64,000 nt of DNA from Bythopirellula sp. (lineage in GTDB: Bacteria > Planctomycetota > Planctomycetia > Pirellulales > Lacipirellulaceae), in the NCBI GenBank assembly GCA_965216565.1, contig OZ244170.1, forward strand, positions 4,288,001-4,352,000, written 5' to 3'. The translations under genes and the position numbers were made by a program. The notes under the pieces were generated by a model. The model worked only from the letters and a program-made list of their open reading frames with translations. It did no database searches and was not told the origin of the DNA. Positions 51,845 through 61,285 of the stretch are shown one piece after another; the stretch's first letter is position 1; each line of letters begins with the position of its first letter.

Positions 51845-52525
51845 ATGACTCCCATCACACTTCGAGTATTGGATGGCGCCGATCGCGGCCACGTCTTCGA
51901 AGAGTTGCAACCACCGATCACTATCGGTCGTGAAGAAGGCAACTCCGTACAACTCAACGATGAGCGTATCAGCCGTTTTCATATCAAGATTCAAGAAGAC
52001 CAGGAGAAACTGGTCCTAACCGATCTGGAAAGTACGAACGGTACGCGCGTCAACGGCGAAGACACCCAACTAAGAATTCTACGATTTGGCGATGTCATTT
52101 CTTTAGGACGTTCCGTCCTTTTGTTTGGCACGCGGGAACAAATTGCCAATCGACTGGAAGAACTGCGCAGCGATGGCTTGTCCGACACCGGCGATTTGAG
52201 CCCCAATGATTTGGTGGGCCGAGATGAATCGGGCAACATCAGCATCGAGCTTCGACTAGGTGCCTCCGAAGAACTGCAAAGCACGTTGCATATCCCATTG
52301 CCGCCGGATCTCCCTGAGCAGCTTTCTGCAGGACAAGCCGCCCAAGTATCTGAACTTCTCGAATACCTGCACCTACGTACCCGACAATTGGTGCAATCTG
52401 CTTCGGTCAGCGAGGAAGGCAACGTCGTGCAACTCTCGGCTGCGCAATGGCAGGACTTGCTCGATGTGCAATCGCACCTGGCCGAATATCTCCGCCTGAT
52501 TGGCGATCCGGGGTCTACGAGTTAG
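51845..52525 (+). CDS. FHA-domain protein
   Basis: IGR, ISRFH, DLESTNGTRVNG, LRFGDVISLG. Confidence 0.9.
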   Translation: MTPITLRVLDGADRGHVFEELQPPITIGREEGNSVQLNDERISRFHIKIQEDQEKLVLTDLESTNGTRVNGEDTQLRILRFGDVISLGRSVLLFGTREQIANRLEELRSDGLSDTGDLSPNDLVGRDESGNISIELRLGASEELQSTLHIPLPPDLPEQLSAGQAAQVSELLEYLHLRTRQLVQSASVSEEGNVVQLSAAQWQDLLDVQSHLAEYLRLIGDPGSTS

Positions 52526-52582
52526 TCGCTGGGCGGACTCTAATTTGCCGCTAAGCATCGCAGGTTGCCGGCTAAGACCCAA

Positions 52583-55500
52583 CTACGACTCAATGCGCAT
52601 CAGCAGATCACCAGTTTCTACTTGAGTGCCGGCTTTCACATTTACCTCGGCGATCTTACCGGCGGTTTCTGCGGTGACGTTGGTTTGCATCTTCATTGCT
52701 TCCAGCGTGAGTAGTTTCTGGCCCACAGCCACCGAGTCGCCTACCTTCACGGCAACATTGTAAACCATGCCCGGCATCGTCGCGGCGACGTGCCCTGGCT
52801 GGCTTGGATCGGCTTTGGGGTGCTTAGGTGCATCGGGCTCCAGTGCATTGTCGATGACGGTGATTTCACGCGGTTGGCCATTCAGCTCAAAGAAGACCGT
52901 CTTACGGCCATCCTCGCGCGGTTCGCTTACCGTCAGGTATCGGATGATGAGAGTCTTTCCAGATTCAATCTCAACGCCAATTTCTTCGTTGGGTTCCAAG
53001 CCATAGAGGAATGCTGGAGTAGGGAACACGCTTGTATCTGTGAAATTCTGCTCGTGCTCAGCGTAATCCTTGTAGACTTTTGGGTAGAGCAGGTGCGAAA
53101 CAACTTCGCGTCGCAGTGGCTCGCGTTCTAGAATCGGGCGGATCTCGCTTGCTGATTCTTCAAAATCCGCAGCCGGCATGCTGGCACCCGGACGTCCGTC
53201 TAAGGGCTTTTCTCCTCGGAGAATTTTCTCGCTGGCCTGTTTTGGGAATCCTCCCATTGCCTGCCCCATGTTACCTTTCACCAAGTCGATAACGGACTGG
53301 GGGAAAGCCAATTCGCGATCGGAATTGAGCACATCGTCGGCAGTCATGTCGTTGGCAATCAAAAACAGCGCCAAATCGCCGACTGCCTTCGAGGTCGGTG
53401 TGACTTTCACAATGTCGCCCAAAAGCTGGTTTACATCAGCATAAACTTCACAAACTTTGCTCCATTGGTCAGCCAAGTTCAGTGCGCGTGCCTGTTGGAA
53501 CAAGTTCGTGTATTGACCTCCCGGCATTTCGTGCTTGTACAGATCGGAACCTGCAGGCAGGACAGGACTTTCGAATGCCGTGTAAAACTCTCTCACAGCT
53601 CGCCAATATTCGGCCAGCGAATCGAGATGTTCGGCCGATAGCCCCGTATTACGATCTCCATAACGGAGCGCTTCCACCACCGTATTCATGTTGGGCTGCG
53701 CCGTTCCACCAGAGAGCGGAGCCATTGCAGCGTCTGCAATATCCAGACCCACCTCCGATGCTTGGAGGATCGCCGCCCCTTGAATGCCGGCCGTATCGTG
53801 CGTGTGAAAATGGATCGGAAGGTCGACTTCCTCACGCAAGGTTTTCACCAGCAGTTTCGCAGCCGCGGGTTTGCATAGTCCGGCCATGTCTTTGATGGCC
53901 AAGATATGGGCACCCATGTTTTCTAATTCTTTGGCCATCTTAACGTAGTACGCCAGATCGTACTTCGTGCGATTCGGATTCGAAATATCACCGCTATAGC
54001 AAATGGCTGCTTCGCAAATGGCTCCACTCTTGATTACGGCTTCCATAGCAACACGCATATTGTCAACGCCATTGAGTGCGTCGAATACGCGGAAGACGTC
54101 GATCCCGGCGTCTGCCGCTTCTTCTACGAAGGCCTGGACGACATTGTCTGGATAGTTCGTGTAGCCAACAGCGTTAGATGCTCGCAGCAGCATTTGAAAG
54201 AGGATATTCGGAATCCGCTCTCGCATATCGGCCAATCGCTGCCAGGGGCTTTCCTTGAGGAACCGCATCGAAACATCGAAAGTAGCTCCCCCCCACATTT
54301 CGATGGAAAATAGATCGGGGCACAGGTGCGCGTAAGCTTCTGCGATCTGTAGTAAATCGTAACTGCGTATCCGTGTGGCTAGCAGCGACTGGTGCGCGTC
54401 GCGGAAGGTGGTATCGGTAATCAGCAGCGGTTTCTGCTCGCGAATCCACGCGGCAAATTTCTCGGCTCCCAATTCCTTCAACTTTTGACGCATCCCATCG
54501 GGGATTTCTTGGGTGGCGTCAAATTTCGGAATTGGTGCAGGAGTTCGCCTGAGAGCTATGGCACGATCCTTTACCAGAGAATTTCCGTTGACAATTGTTT
54601 CTGCCAGAAATGTGAGTAGCTTGGTTGCACGGTCCTGCCGCGGCGGAAAATCGAACAACTCTGGAGTCTCGTCAATAAACCGAGTCGTGCAGTTGCCAGC
54701 CATGAATGTTGGATGCAACACCAGCTTGATCAGAAACGGAATGTTCGTCTTCACGCCTCGGACACGAAATTCTTGCAGGCAGCGTTCCATGCGTCGTGCT
54801 GCGACGTCAAACCTTTCCGCCCACGCAGTGACTTTCACCAGCATAGAGTCGTAAAAGGGCTGGACGACCGCCCCCGAAAACGCGGTGCCTGCATCCAGTC
54901 GAATGCCCATGCCGCTGGCCGACCTGTAATGGGTCATCCGGCCGTAGTCCGGCATAAAGCGATTGGTAGGGTCTTCGGTCGTCACGCGGCTTTGAATTGC
55001 AAAACCGCGAGTGGAAATGTCGTCTTGAGACGCCAATCCCAGTTCGGGATCGTCTAAACGCATGCCCTGCGAAACAAGGATTTGTGATTTGATTAAATCG
55101 ACACCCGTCACCTGCTCGGTGACTGTGTGTTCAACTTGAATGCGAGGGTTTACCTCAATGAAGTAGAATTTATTTGTATCGGCATCCACAAGAAATTCTA
55201 CCGTACCAGCGGCCGAGTAGTTCACCTCTCGTCCGATGGCAACCGCAGCATCGCAAAGTGCCGTCCGCACTTCGGCATCTAGATTAGGTGCCGGGGCAAT
55301 CTCAACTACTTTCTGGTGCCGTCGTTGCACGGAGCAATCACGTTCGTATAGGTGAACCAATGACCCGTGTCGATCGCCCAATAGCTGCACTTCGATGTGC
55401 CGGGCCTGTTCGATGAACTTTTCGACAAAGATATCAGGACTTCCAAAAGCGGTTTCTGACTCACGCCGAGCTTGTTCGTAAGCGGATTCAAATTCCGACT

Positions 55501-56029
55501 CTTTGTGGACCACCCGCATACCGCGTCCACCGCCGCCATGAGCAGCCTTTAAGATAATTGGGTAGCCAGTTTTCGTGGCAAGTTTCTTGCCTTCCTGAAC
55601 ATCGACAATCGCGTTACTGCTCCCGCCCAACACTGGGATGCCAGCATGTTCGGCGATCTTGCGAGCTGAAATCTTGTCTCCAAGCGACCGGAGTGTTTCT
55701 ACGCGGGGTCCAATGAACGTGATGCCCGCTTGCTCGCAGGCTGCTGCGAATTCGGGATTCTCCGAAAGAAATCCGTAGCCTGGATGAATAGCATCAATGT
55801 TCTGTCGTTTCGCAAGCGCAACGATGCCTTCGACATCCAGGTACGCTTGAATTGGCTCGCCGGCTTTGCCCGTTAAATATGCTTCGTCTGCTTTAATGCG
55901 GTGCAGGGCGTATCGGTCCTCGTGGGAATAGATCCCCACGGTGCGAATACCCAATTCGTGGGCCGAGCGGAAGATGCGAATGGCGATTTCACTGCGATTG
56001 GCTACTAGAAGCCGTTTTATCTGATCCAT
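52583..56029 (-). CDS. pyc: Pyruvate carboxylase
   Basis: ANRSEIAIR, HPGYGFLSEN, RDCSVQRRHQK, RDAHQSL, WGGATFD, HTHDT, EAMKM (biotin site). Confidence 0.98.
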   Translation of the reverse strand: MDQIKRLLVANRSEIAIRIFRSAHELGIRTVGIYSHEDRYALHRIKADEAYLTGKAGEPIQAYLDVEGIVALAKRQNIDAIHPGYGFLSENPEFAAACEQAGITFIGPRVETLRSLGDKISARKIAEHAGIPVLGGSSNAIVDVQEGKKLATKTGYPIILKAAHGGGGRGMRVVHKESEFESAYEQARRESETAFGSPDIFVEKFIEQARHIEVQLLGDRHGSLVHLYERDCSVQRRHQKVVEIAPAPNLDAEVRTALCDAAVAIGREVNYSAAGTVEFLVDADTNKFYFIEVNPRIQVEHTVTEQVTGVDLIKSQILVSQGMRLDDPELGLASQDDISTRGFAIQSRVTTEDPTNRFMPDYGRMTHYRSASGMGIRLDAGTAFSGAVVQPFYDSMLVKVTAWAERFDVAARRMERCLQEFRVRGVKTNIPFLIKLVLHPTFMAGNCTTRFIDETPELFDFPPRQDRATKLLTFLAETIVNGNSLVKDRAIALRRTPAPIPKFDATQEIPDGMRQKLKELGAEKFAAWIREQKPLLITDTTFRDAHQSLLATRIRSYDLLQIAEAYAHLCPDLFSIEMWGGATFDVSMRFLKESPWQRLADMRERIPNILFQMLLRASNAVGYTNYPDNVVQAFVEEAADAGIDVFRVFDALNGVDNMRVAMEAVIKSGAICEAAICYSGDISNPNRTKYDLAYYVKMAKELENMGAHILAIKDMAGLCKPAAAKLLVKTLREEVDLPIHFHTHDTAGIQGAAILQASEVGLDIADAAMAPLSGGTAQPNMNTVVEALRYGDRNTGLSAEHLDSLAEYWRAVREFYTAFESPVLPAGSDLYKHEMPGGQYTNLFQQARALNLADQWSKVCEVYADVNQLLGDIVKVTPTSKAVGDLALFLIANDMTADDVLNSDRELAFPQSVIDLVKGNMGQAMGGFPKQASEKILRGEKPLDGRPGASMPAADFEESASEIRPILEREPLRREVVSHLLYPKVYKDYAEHEQNFTDTSVFPTPAFLYGLEPNEEIGVEIESGKTLIIRYLTVSEPREDGRKTVFFELNGQPREITVIDNALEPDAPKHPKADPSQPGHVAATMPGMVYNVAVKVGDSVAVGQKLLTLEAMKMQTNVTAETAGKIAEVNVKAGTQVETGDLLMRIES

Positions 56030-56282
56030 AGAACTTCGAATTCTGGACTGAGGGAATCGGGATAATCCAAGACGTGCCAGTGTACCAACTCGCAGCCGGA
56101 TTGATTACCACCTAGCTTTTCCTCATGGCGTCGGAAGAATGGACGCAGAGACTACCACCTATTTTAGGCTTATTCCTGTGCAGCGGACGATTGCAGCCAT
56201 GCAGGCGGCCAAGGCGATTGATGCTACCTGGCTTTAGACCGGGAGCGTTAGTAGCCGGTCGGACCCAATCTATAGAGGAATA

Positions 56283-56771
56283 CTACTGGTTTCGAGAGCG
56301 ACGCTCGTTGTTAGAAGCCTTCGGCTCTAAAGCAGTTTCGTCTGCCTTGGTCGAACGAGCTGCTACGTGTTGCAAGTCCAGCAATTCATGGACGACGCAG
56401 TCGAGCGATTTCCAAAGTTGATCGGATTTACACAAATAGTAGGCACACATGTTGTGGCAGCGTCGGATAATTTCCTGATCTTTCCGTCCGGTGATGATGA
56501 TCACGGGAACTTGCGACGCATCGTCGTCTAGTGCCAGTACCTCGCATACCGCCAAGCCACCGCCTGCTGGCATGTTTGCATCCAGGCAGAACAAATCAGG
56601 GAGCGAATTAACAGCAGCTTCAAGGGCCTTCTTCCCAGAGTTGGCCGTAATGACCTCCAAGCCAAGTCGCTCGAGTCGCTTCTTCAGGATGATCAAAAAG
56701 TCCTGGTCGTCATCAGCAATTAGGACGGTCTTCTGTGGGTTGCTATTCATACTTTTGCCTTCTGTCTTCAA
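56283..56771 (-). CDS. Stand-alone receiver-domain response regulator (RR6)
   Basis: IADDD, LDANMP, ITG, YLCK; no output domain. Confidence 0.88.
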   Translation of the reverse strand: MKTEGKSMNSNPQKTVLIADDDQDFLIILKKRLERLGLEVITANSGKKALEAAVNSLPDLFCLDANMPAGGGLAVCEVLALDDDASQVPVIIITGRKDQEIIRRCHNMCAYYLCKSDQLWKSLDCVVHELLDLQHVAARSTKADETALEPKASNNERRSRNQ

Positions 56772-56858
56772 TTCCGATTTATTGATTTAGTGTTGTTGAT
56801 TTATTGCTAAGCCTAATTGCTCATTTATCGAGATTGCTCATTTGTCGGGCCAATCGCT

Positions 56859-57260
56859 CTAGCAGGCTGGCTCGGCGAACAGTAGTTCTTTTGCCAAGGG
56901 TTCGATGCGCTGCCACACGTTGGCATTCTTTTCTACATAATACGACATCGTTTCGTGACAGCGGCGTATTGTTTGTTCGTCTCGACAACCTGTTAGCATG
57001 ATCACGGGCACGCCGCTCAGTCGATCGTCGCTGGCGATAAGTTCCCGAACGCTCCAGCCATTGCCGCCTGGCATGTTAACGTCTAGGCAAACGACGGCCG
57101 GGACTACCTCGGACATGGCATTCATGGCTTCCAGAGCGCGGTTCGTGCCGATCACATCGCATCCCAATTCGGCAAACCGACGGGTCAAGATCTGGACTAC
57201 ATCCGTGTCATCGTCAACGATTACAACAAGGTTGTTTTGCATAATTGGGCTTTCGTTCAT
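56859..57260 (-). CDS. Stand-alone receiver-domain response regulator (RR5)
   Basis: IVDDD, LDVNMP, LTG, YVEK. Confidence 0.88.
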   Translation of the reverse strand: MNESPIMQNNLVVIVDDDTDVVQILTRRFAELGCDVIGTNRALEAMNAMSEVVPAVVCLDVNMPGGNGWSVRELIASDDRLSGVPVIMLTGCRDEQTIRRCHETMSYYVEKNANVWQRIEPLAKELLFAEPAC

Positions 57261-57265
57261 GGTAT

Positions 57266-57745
57266 TTAAACAGCAGCCTTTTCCAAGATGCTGATGTGTT
57301 TTGAAAGTTCGCTCTGCAGCTGGTCGAAATCCAATGGCTTGTTCAGATAAGCACTGGCACCCATCTCAAGCATTTTTTGGCGGAAGTTTCGATCCTTCCG
57401 GCACGTGAGCAGAATTACCGGTATGTGTCGAGTCATTTCCGACTCTTTCAACATCCGCAGAACTTCATCGCCCGAGCCGTTGGGCATCTCGACGTCGAGA
57501 ATTATCGCATCGGCGGGATACTCAAACGCATTGTTGATGCCATCAATTCCGTCGAAGGCACGAATCACGGCCACTCCGTGAGACTCGAGGCGGGTTTTAA
57601 GTGCTGCTGAGAACAACACATCATCCTCTACGTGCAGTACCCAGGGCGGCGACTCTTGTTCATCACCTGTTGTTAGGGACGGTTGCGCGTCGGCTCCGCT
57701 GCCAAAGAGCGCTCGTTGAATAAATTGGAATACATGCTTCGACAT
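57266..57745 (-). CDS. Stand-alone receiver-domain response regulator (RR4)
   Basis: HVEDD, LDVEMP, LTC, LNKP. Confidence 0.88.
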   Translation of the reverse strand: MSKHVFQFIQRALFGSGADAQPSLTTGDEQESPPWVLHVEDDVLFSAALKTRLESHGVAVIRAFDGIDGINNAFEYPADAIILDVEMPNGSGDEVLRMLKESEMTRHIPVILLTCRKDRNFRQKMLEMGASAYLNKPLDFDQLQSELSKHISILEKAAV

Positions 57746-57784
57746 TGTGCCGTAAATCCTTGCTACTATTCTTAAGTGCCTGAC

Positions 57785-58279
57785 CTATATGCTGACGTGT
57801 TTTTTTAACGCATCCAAAAGTTTGTCGAATGGAACTGGCTTGTTGAAGAACTCTTCAGCGCCCATCGCGAGCATTTTTCTTTCGAGGTAGCCATCCTTGC
57901 GTCCCGTCATTACGAATACAGGAATTGATCGAGTGATAGGATTGTCTTTTAGTCGTCCTAGGACGTAATCGCCCTGTCCGTTGGGCATCTCGTAGTCGAG
58001 AATAATCGCACTTGCTTGACGCGATAGTGCGGTACGCACGCCATCGGTTCCATCAAAGGCATTGACGACATTTACGCCATGTTTGTGAAAACGAGCGGCA
58101 AGGCCGGCTGCCAACTCGCGATCGTCATCTACATGGAGGATCCAGGGAGCGTGCCGCAATTCAGTCGAGGACTCTGCTGTGGGACCGTCCTGTTCATCTA
58201 GCAGGGAATCGAATACGCCCAGCGCACCGAATATTGCATCGACAGCATCATTTGCGGGTTGAGTTTCAGTGGTGTGCAT
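57785..58279 (-). CDS. Stand-alone receiver-domain response regulator (RR3)
   Basis: HVDDD, LDYEMP, MTG, FNKP. Confidence 0.88.
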   Translation of the reverse strand: MHTTETQPANDAVDAIFGALGVFDSLLDEQDGPTAESSTELRHAPWILHVDDDRELAAGLAARFHKHGVNVVNAFDGTDGVRTALSRQASAIILDYEMPNGQGDYVLGRLKDNPITRSIPVFVMTGRKDGYLERKMLAMGAEEFFNKPVPFDKLLDALKKHVSI

Positions 58280-58326
58280 GGGAGATCCTGGTTTTAGCTT
58301 TGTTTGGAAGGCTATGTTTTGTGTGA

Positions 58327-58734
58327 CTAATTGAGTGACGTTGCTGGGGAGGTTGGGCCGTTCTTGTTTTCGCGGATTGCGGTCTGTACCGCGCCCACTA
58401 AATCTCGGCCGTTGTATGGCTTCGAGACAAAGAAGCGAGCCCCAGCGTCCAATGCTTGTTGCTGATCAATCAAACTCGCAGAGAGCATCACGACTGGAAT
58501 GCCCCTTGTAGCGTCGTTGTCTTGTAGCTCATTTAGCGCGGTTAATCCGTCCATGCGCGGCATGCGTACGTCCATGACAATAGCGTCCGGTCTCGATTTC
58601 ATTGCAGAGGCAACGCCCTCACCTCCATCGTGTGCTTCGATCGTTTCGAATCCGCAAGCGCGTAGTCTGAGATGAGCGCCTTGAAGGATAGCGCGATCAT
58701 CATCGACGACTAAAACTGTGGGTTTGCCGTTCAT
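58327..58734 (-). CDS. Stand-alone receiver-domain response regulator (RR2)
   Basis: VVDDD, MDVRMP, LSA, VSKP; RBS GGAG before MNGKPT. Confidence 0.88.
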   Translation of the reverse strand: MNGKPTVLVVDDDRAILQGAHLRLRACGFETIEAHDGGEGVASAMKSRPDAIVMDVRMPRMDGLTALNELQDNDATRGIPVVMLSASLIDQQQALDAGARFFVSKPYNGRDLVGAVQTAIRENKNGPTSPATSLN

Positions 58735-58790
58735 ATGTCTCCCTTTTCCTTGGATTAGATTCTCCGAATCGTGACGGGTAAAATAGGATT

Positions 58791-60398
58791 TCATTGAGAG
58801 GCTCCAGATGCCAGTTCTAGGCTGGAGGTTGAGTTGGCTGAATCGAGTATTCGATTGAGGCAGTCCAGGACATCCTGGTGATGAATATCGGCTCGCCAAG
58901 AACCACCATGTCGAAACTCAAACTCAGGCAATGGCCCAAAGGGACGGTTGCGGTTGGTGTCCTGCCACTCGCTTCGGATCCGTGACTCATAGCCATCGAG
59001 TTCTTGTTCAGTTTCCGGCAAGGCAATCACCCACAGGTTCTCATTCAGGCGAAAGAGTAAATCGTTCTTGCGCAAGCAATAGTTGTAGAACGCATTCATC
59101 TCCATGCCCAAGGATTCATCTGTCTGCGGATCAATCGAGGCAATAACAATCGAAACGTGCGGCGTGATCCCCTCAGACTCGTCGTCACTCCCATTGCGGT
59201 TGAGATAGCGTTGGAGAACTTCAGCGGGATCGGCAATTGGAACACTAAAGGAGAAGGTGCTGCCCTTTCCCAATTGGCTTTGAACGTTCATCTGTCCAAA
59301 ATTTAGATCAACAAGGGCCTTGGCAATATTTAAGCCAAGTCCGAAACCTTTGGTGCTGCCACGCACGTTGGTCGCCAGTTGCTTGAATCGCTGGAAAATG
59401 CTTGCTAGCAATTCATCGTCGATGCCCGGTCCGTTATCGGTGACGGCGAAAGTTATATTTCCACATGCAAGGTCTTTTTCTACCGTAATCCTTACGACAC
59501 CAGGGTCACCGCAAAACTTGATTGCGTTAATCGCAAGATTGGTCATCACGCGACCCGCCTTTTCCTCATCGCAGTAGACCTCAGGCAAATCGTCGTCGAC
59601 CACCCATTCCAACGTGACGTTCTTTACAGACGCCTTTCGTTCGAGGGAGGCTTTCACGTGATCGAGAATCTCAGTGACAGAGCAATTCTTTCTCCAGGCA
59701 CCCAGCATTCCGGATTCTAGCTTGCTCACGTCCAGCATGTCGTCGACCATAATGTTCAGATCGTCAGCACGATCTTCTGCCACGTGAAGCAATCGCTGCT
59801 GTTCGTCGTTCACGTCACCGACAAGACCTTCACGAACGAGAGACACGTATTCTTTCACGACCGTCAGTGGTGTGCGAAATTCATGGGATACGTTATCTAC
59901 AAACTCATGGGCTTGATCGTAAAGCTTGGCAAGCTTTCTGTTCTTTTTCTCCAGTAGCTCGTGGCTCTGTTCTACTTCCGACAGCAAGTCGCGTATTCTA
60001 TGTAAATGCTGTTGACGCTGAACCGAGTGATTGATCGCCCGCGACAACGAACGCGGTGTTACTTCGTCCTTCACTAAATAGTCCTGTGCTCCTTCATTCA
60101 TGAGCGCCAAAGCAGCCTTTTGGCAGTTGAGTCCTGTGAGCACAATGATCGGCAAATCGCTAGGGCACTGCTGGCGAAACTGCGAGAGTGTACTTGTCCC
60201 CGTCGACTCGGGGAGTTCCAGATCCAGCAAAACGATATCGAAGTGCGTCTCGGTCAGTTTCTCAGAAGCCTGGGTAAGACTTTTTGAATGATGGAGGTTG
60301 TAGGTGGCGTCGAGACATTTCTTCAAGGTGCGACGTACAATCATTGCGTCGACTTGATCGTCTTCGATCAGCAGGATATTGATTGTGATGTCTCTCAT
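58791..60398 (-). CDS. Cytoplasmic hybrid histidine kinase: REC-HisKA-HATPase plus a degenerate GGDEF-like tail
   Basis: IEDD..LDLELP..LTG..LVK; SHEFRTPL; NLAINAIKF; DNGPGI; GFGLGL; LRKNDLLFRL..LPET. Confidence 0.9.
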   Translation of the reverse strand: MRDITINILLIEDDQVDAMIVRRTLKKCLDATYNLHHSKSLTQASEKLTETHFDIVLLDLELPESTGTSTLSQFRQQCPSDLPIIVLTGLNCQKAALALMNEGAQDYLVKDEVTPRSLSRAINHSVQRQQHLHRIRDLLSEVEQSHELLEKKNRKLAKLYDQAHEFVDNVSHEFRTPLTVVKEYVSLVREGLVGDVNDEQQRLLHVAEDRADDLNIMVDDMLDVSKLESGMLGAWRKNCSVTEILDHVKASLERKASVKNVTLEWVVDDDLPEVYCDEEKAGRVMTNLAINAIKFCGDPGVVRITVEKDLACGNITFAVTDNGPGIDDELLASIFQRFKQLATNVRGSTKGFGLGLNIAKALVDLNFGQMNVQSQLGKGSTFSFSVPIADPAEVLQRYLNRNGSDDESEGITPHVSIVIASIDPQTDESLGMEMNAFYNYCLRKNDLLFRLNENLWVIALPETEQELDGYESRIRSEWQDTNRNRPFGPLPEFEFRHGGSWRADIHHQDVLDCLNRILDSANSTSSLELASGASQ

Positions 60399-60433
60399 AG
60401 TCGTTCCTCGCCGCTGAGAGTCTTACTAAGTTT

Positions 60434-60868
60434 CTAAGAATCTGCGTTTGCTAGTTCGCGTTCGTTTAGCGGAACGTACTTTGCAATTGTGGTCTTTAGT
60501 TCGTTGAAATCGACTGGCTTCACTAGGTAATCCTGCACACCCTGGCGACGCAGTTGTCCTTCTAGCGGTCGATCCTTTTGTCCCGTCAGAATAATAATCG
60601 GAATGTGACTGGTGTCGGCGTTGTTCCGCACGCAGTTGACAACAACATTGCCTTCGCCTTGGGGCATTTTCATGTCGCTGATAATCAGGTCGGGCTTATG
60701 CGTCATTGCTTCGTGAAAGCCGTGCATGCCAAAGTAGCCACAGATGACATTGACTTCGTAGTCCCGCAGACGAATTGTGATCGACTCGCTAATTTGCGGG
60801 TCGTCATCGATGCAAAGGATTGTTGGCCAGTTTGAGTTGATGGATGGCTTCTTGTCTTTTTTTCGCAT
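60434..60868 (-). CDS. Stand-alone receiver-domain response regulator (RR1)
   Basis: CIDDD, SDMKMP, LTG, LVKP. Confidence 0.88.
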   Translation of the reverse strand: MRKKDKKPSINSNWPTILCIDDDPQISESITIRLRDYEVNVICGYFGMHGFHEAMTHKPDLIISDMKMPQGEGNVVVNCVRNNADTSHIPIIILTGQKDRPLEGQLRRQGVQDYLVKPVDFNELKTTIAKYVPLNERELANADS

Positions 60869-61285
60869 GCTTCATCCCCCCGTCTGAATTGTGTCTTCGA
60901 AGATCACATCGGGCCCGAGCAAAGCCTATAAACACCGCTTTGGCTTTCTAGATCGCTTGTTTCCAGCGATTCAGGCCTTTCAAAGGGTAGGTTGCCAGGG
61001 GGGGGATAACGCAGAATAGAACAATTTTTCAGAAACGGTCACGGCCACGCGAAACAAAGCGACTAGAACCGTCATAGTCCCTACCTGCCGCCCCGTCCGA
61101 TCGGTAAAAACCGGGCTTTTGTGGCAGTTTGGGGACTGATTCGCGATGTTGGCGACACGCGGAAATGCCAGCGGAAGCGTGACTTTCAAAGATTTGTCCA
61201 AGATCGAAACATCAGCGGCGAAGTGCAAAAAGGCACGCTAAACATCAAGGCCATCTCTCCGCATTCGCGAAAGGAGCAGCGACCT

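Noticed and set aside
56283..60868. Chemotaxis (che) operon interpretation of the receiver array
   Set aside because: No CheA/Hpt, CheW, CheR, CheB or MCP; the kinase is a class I HisKA type
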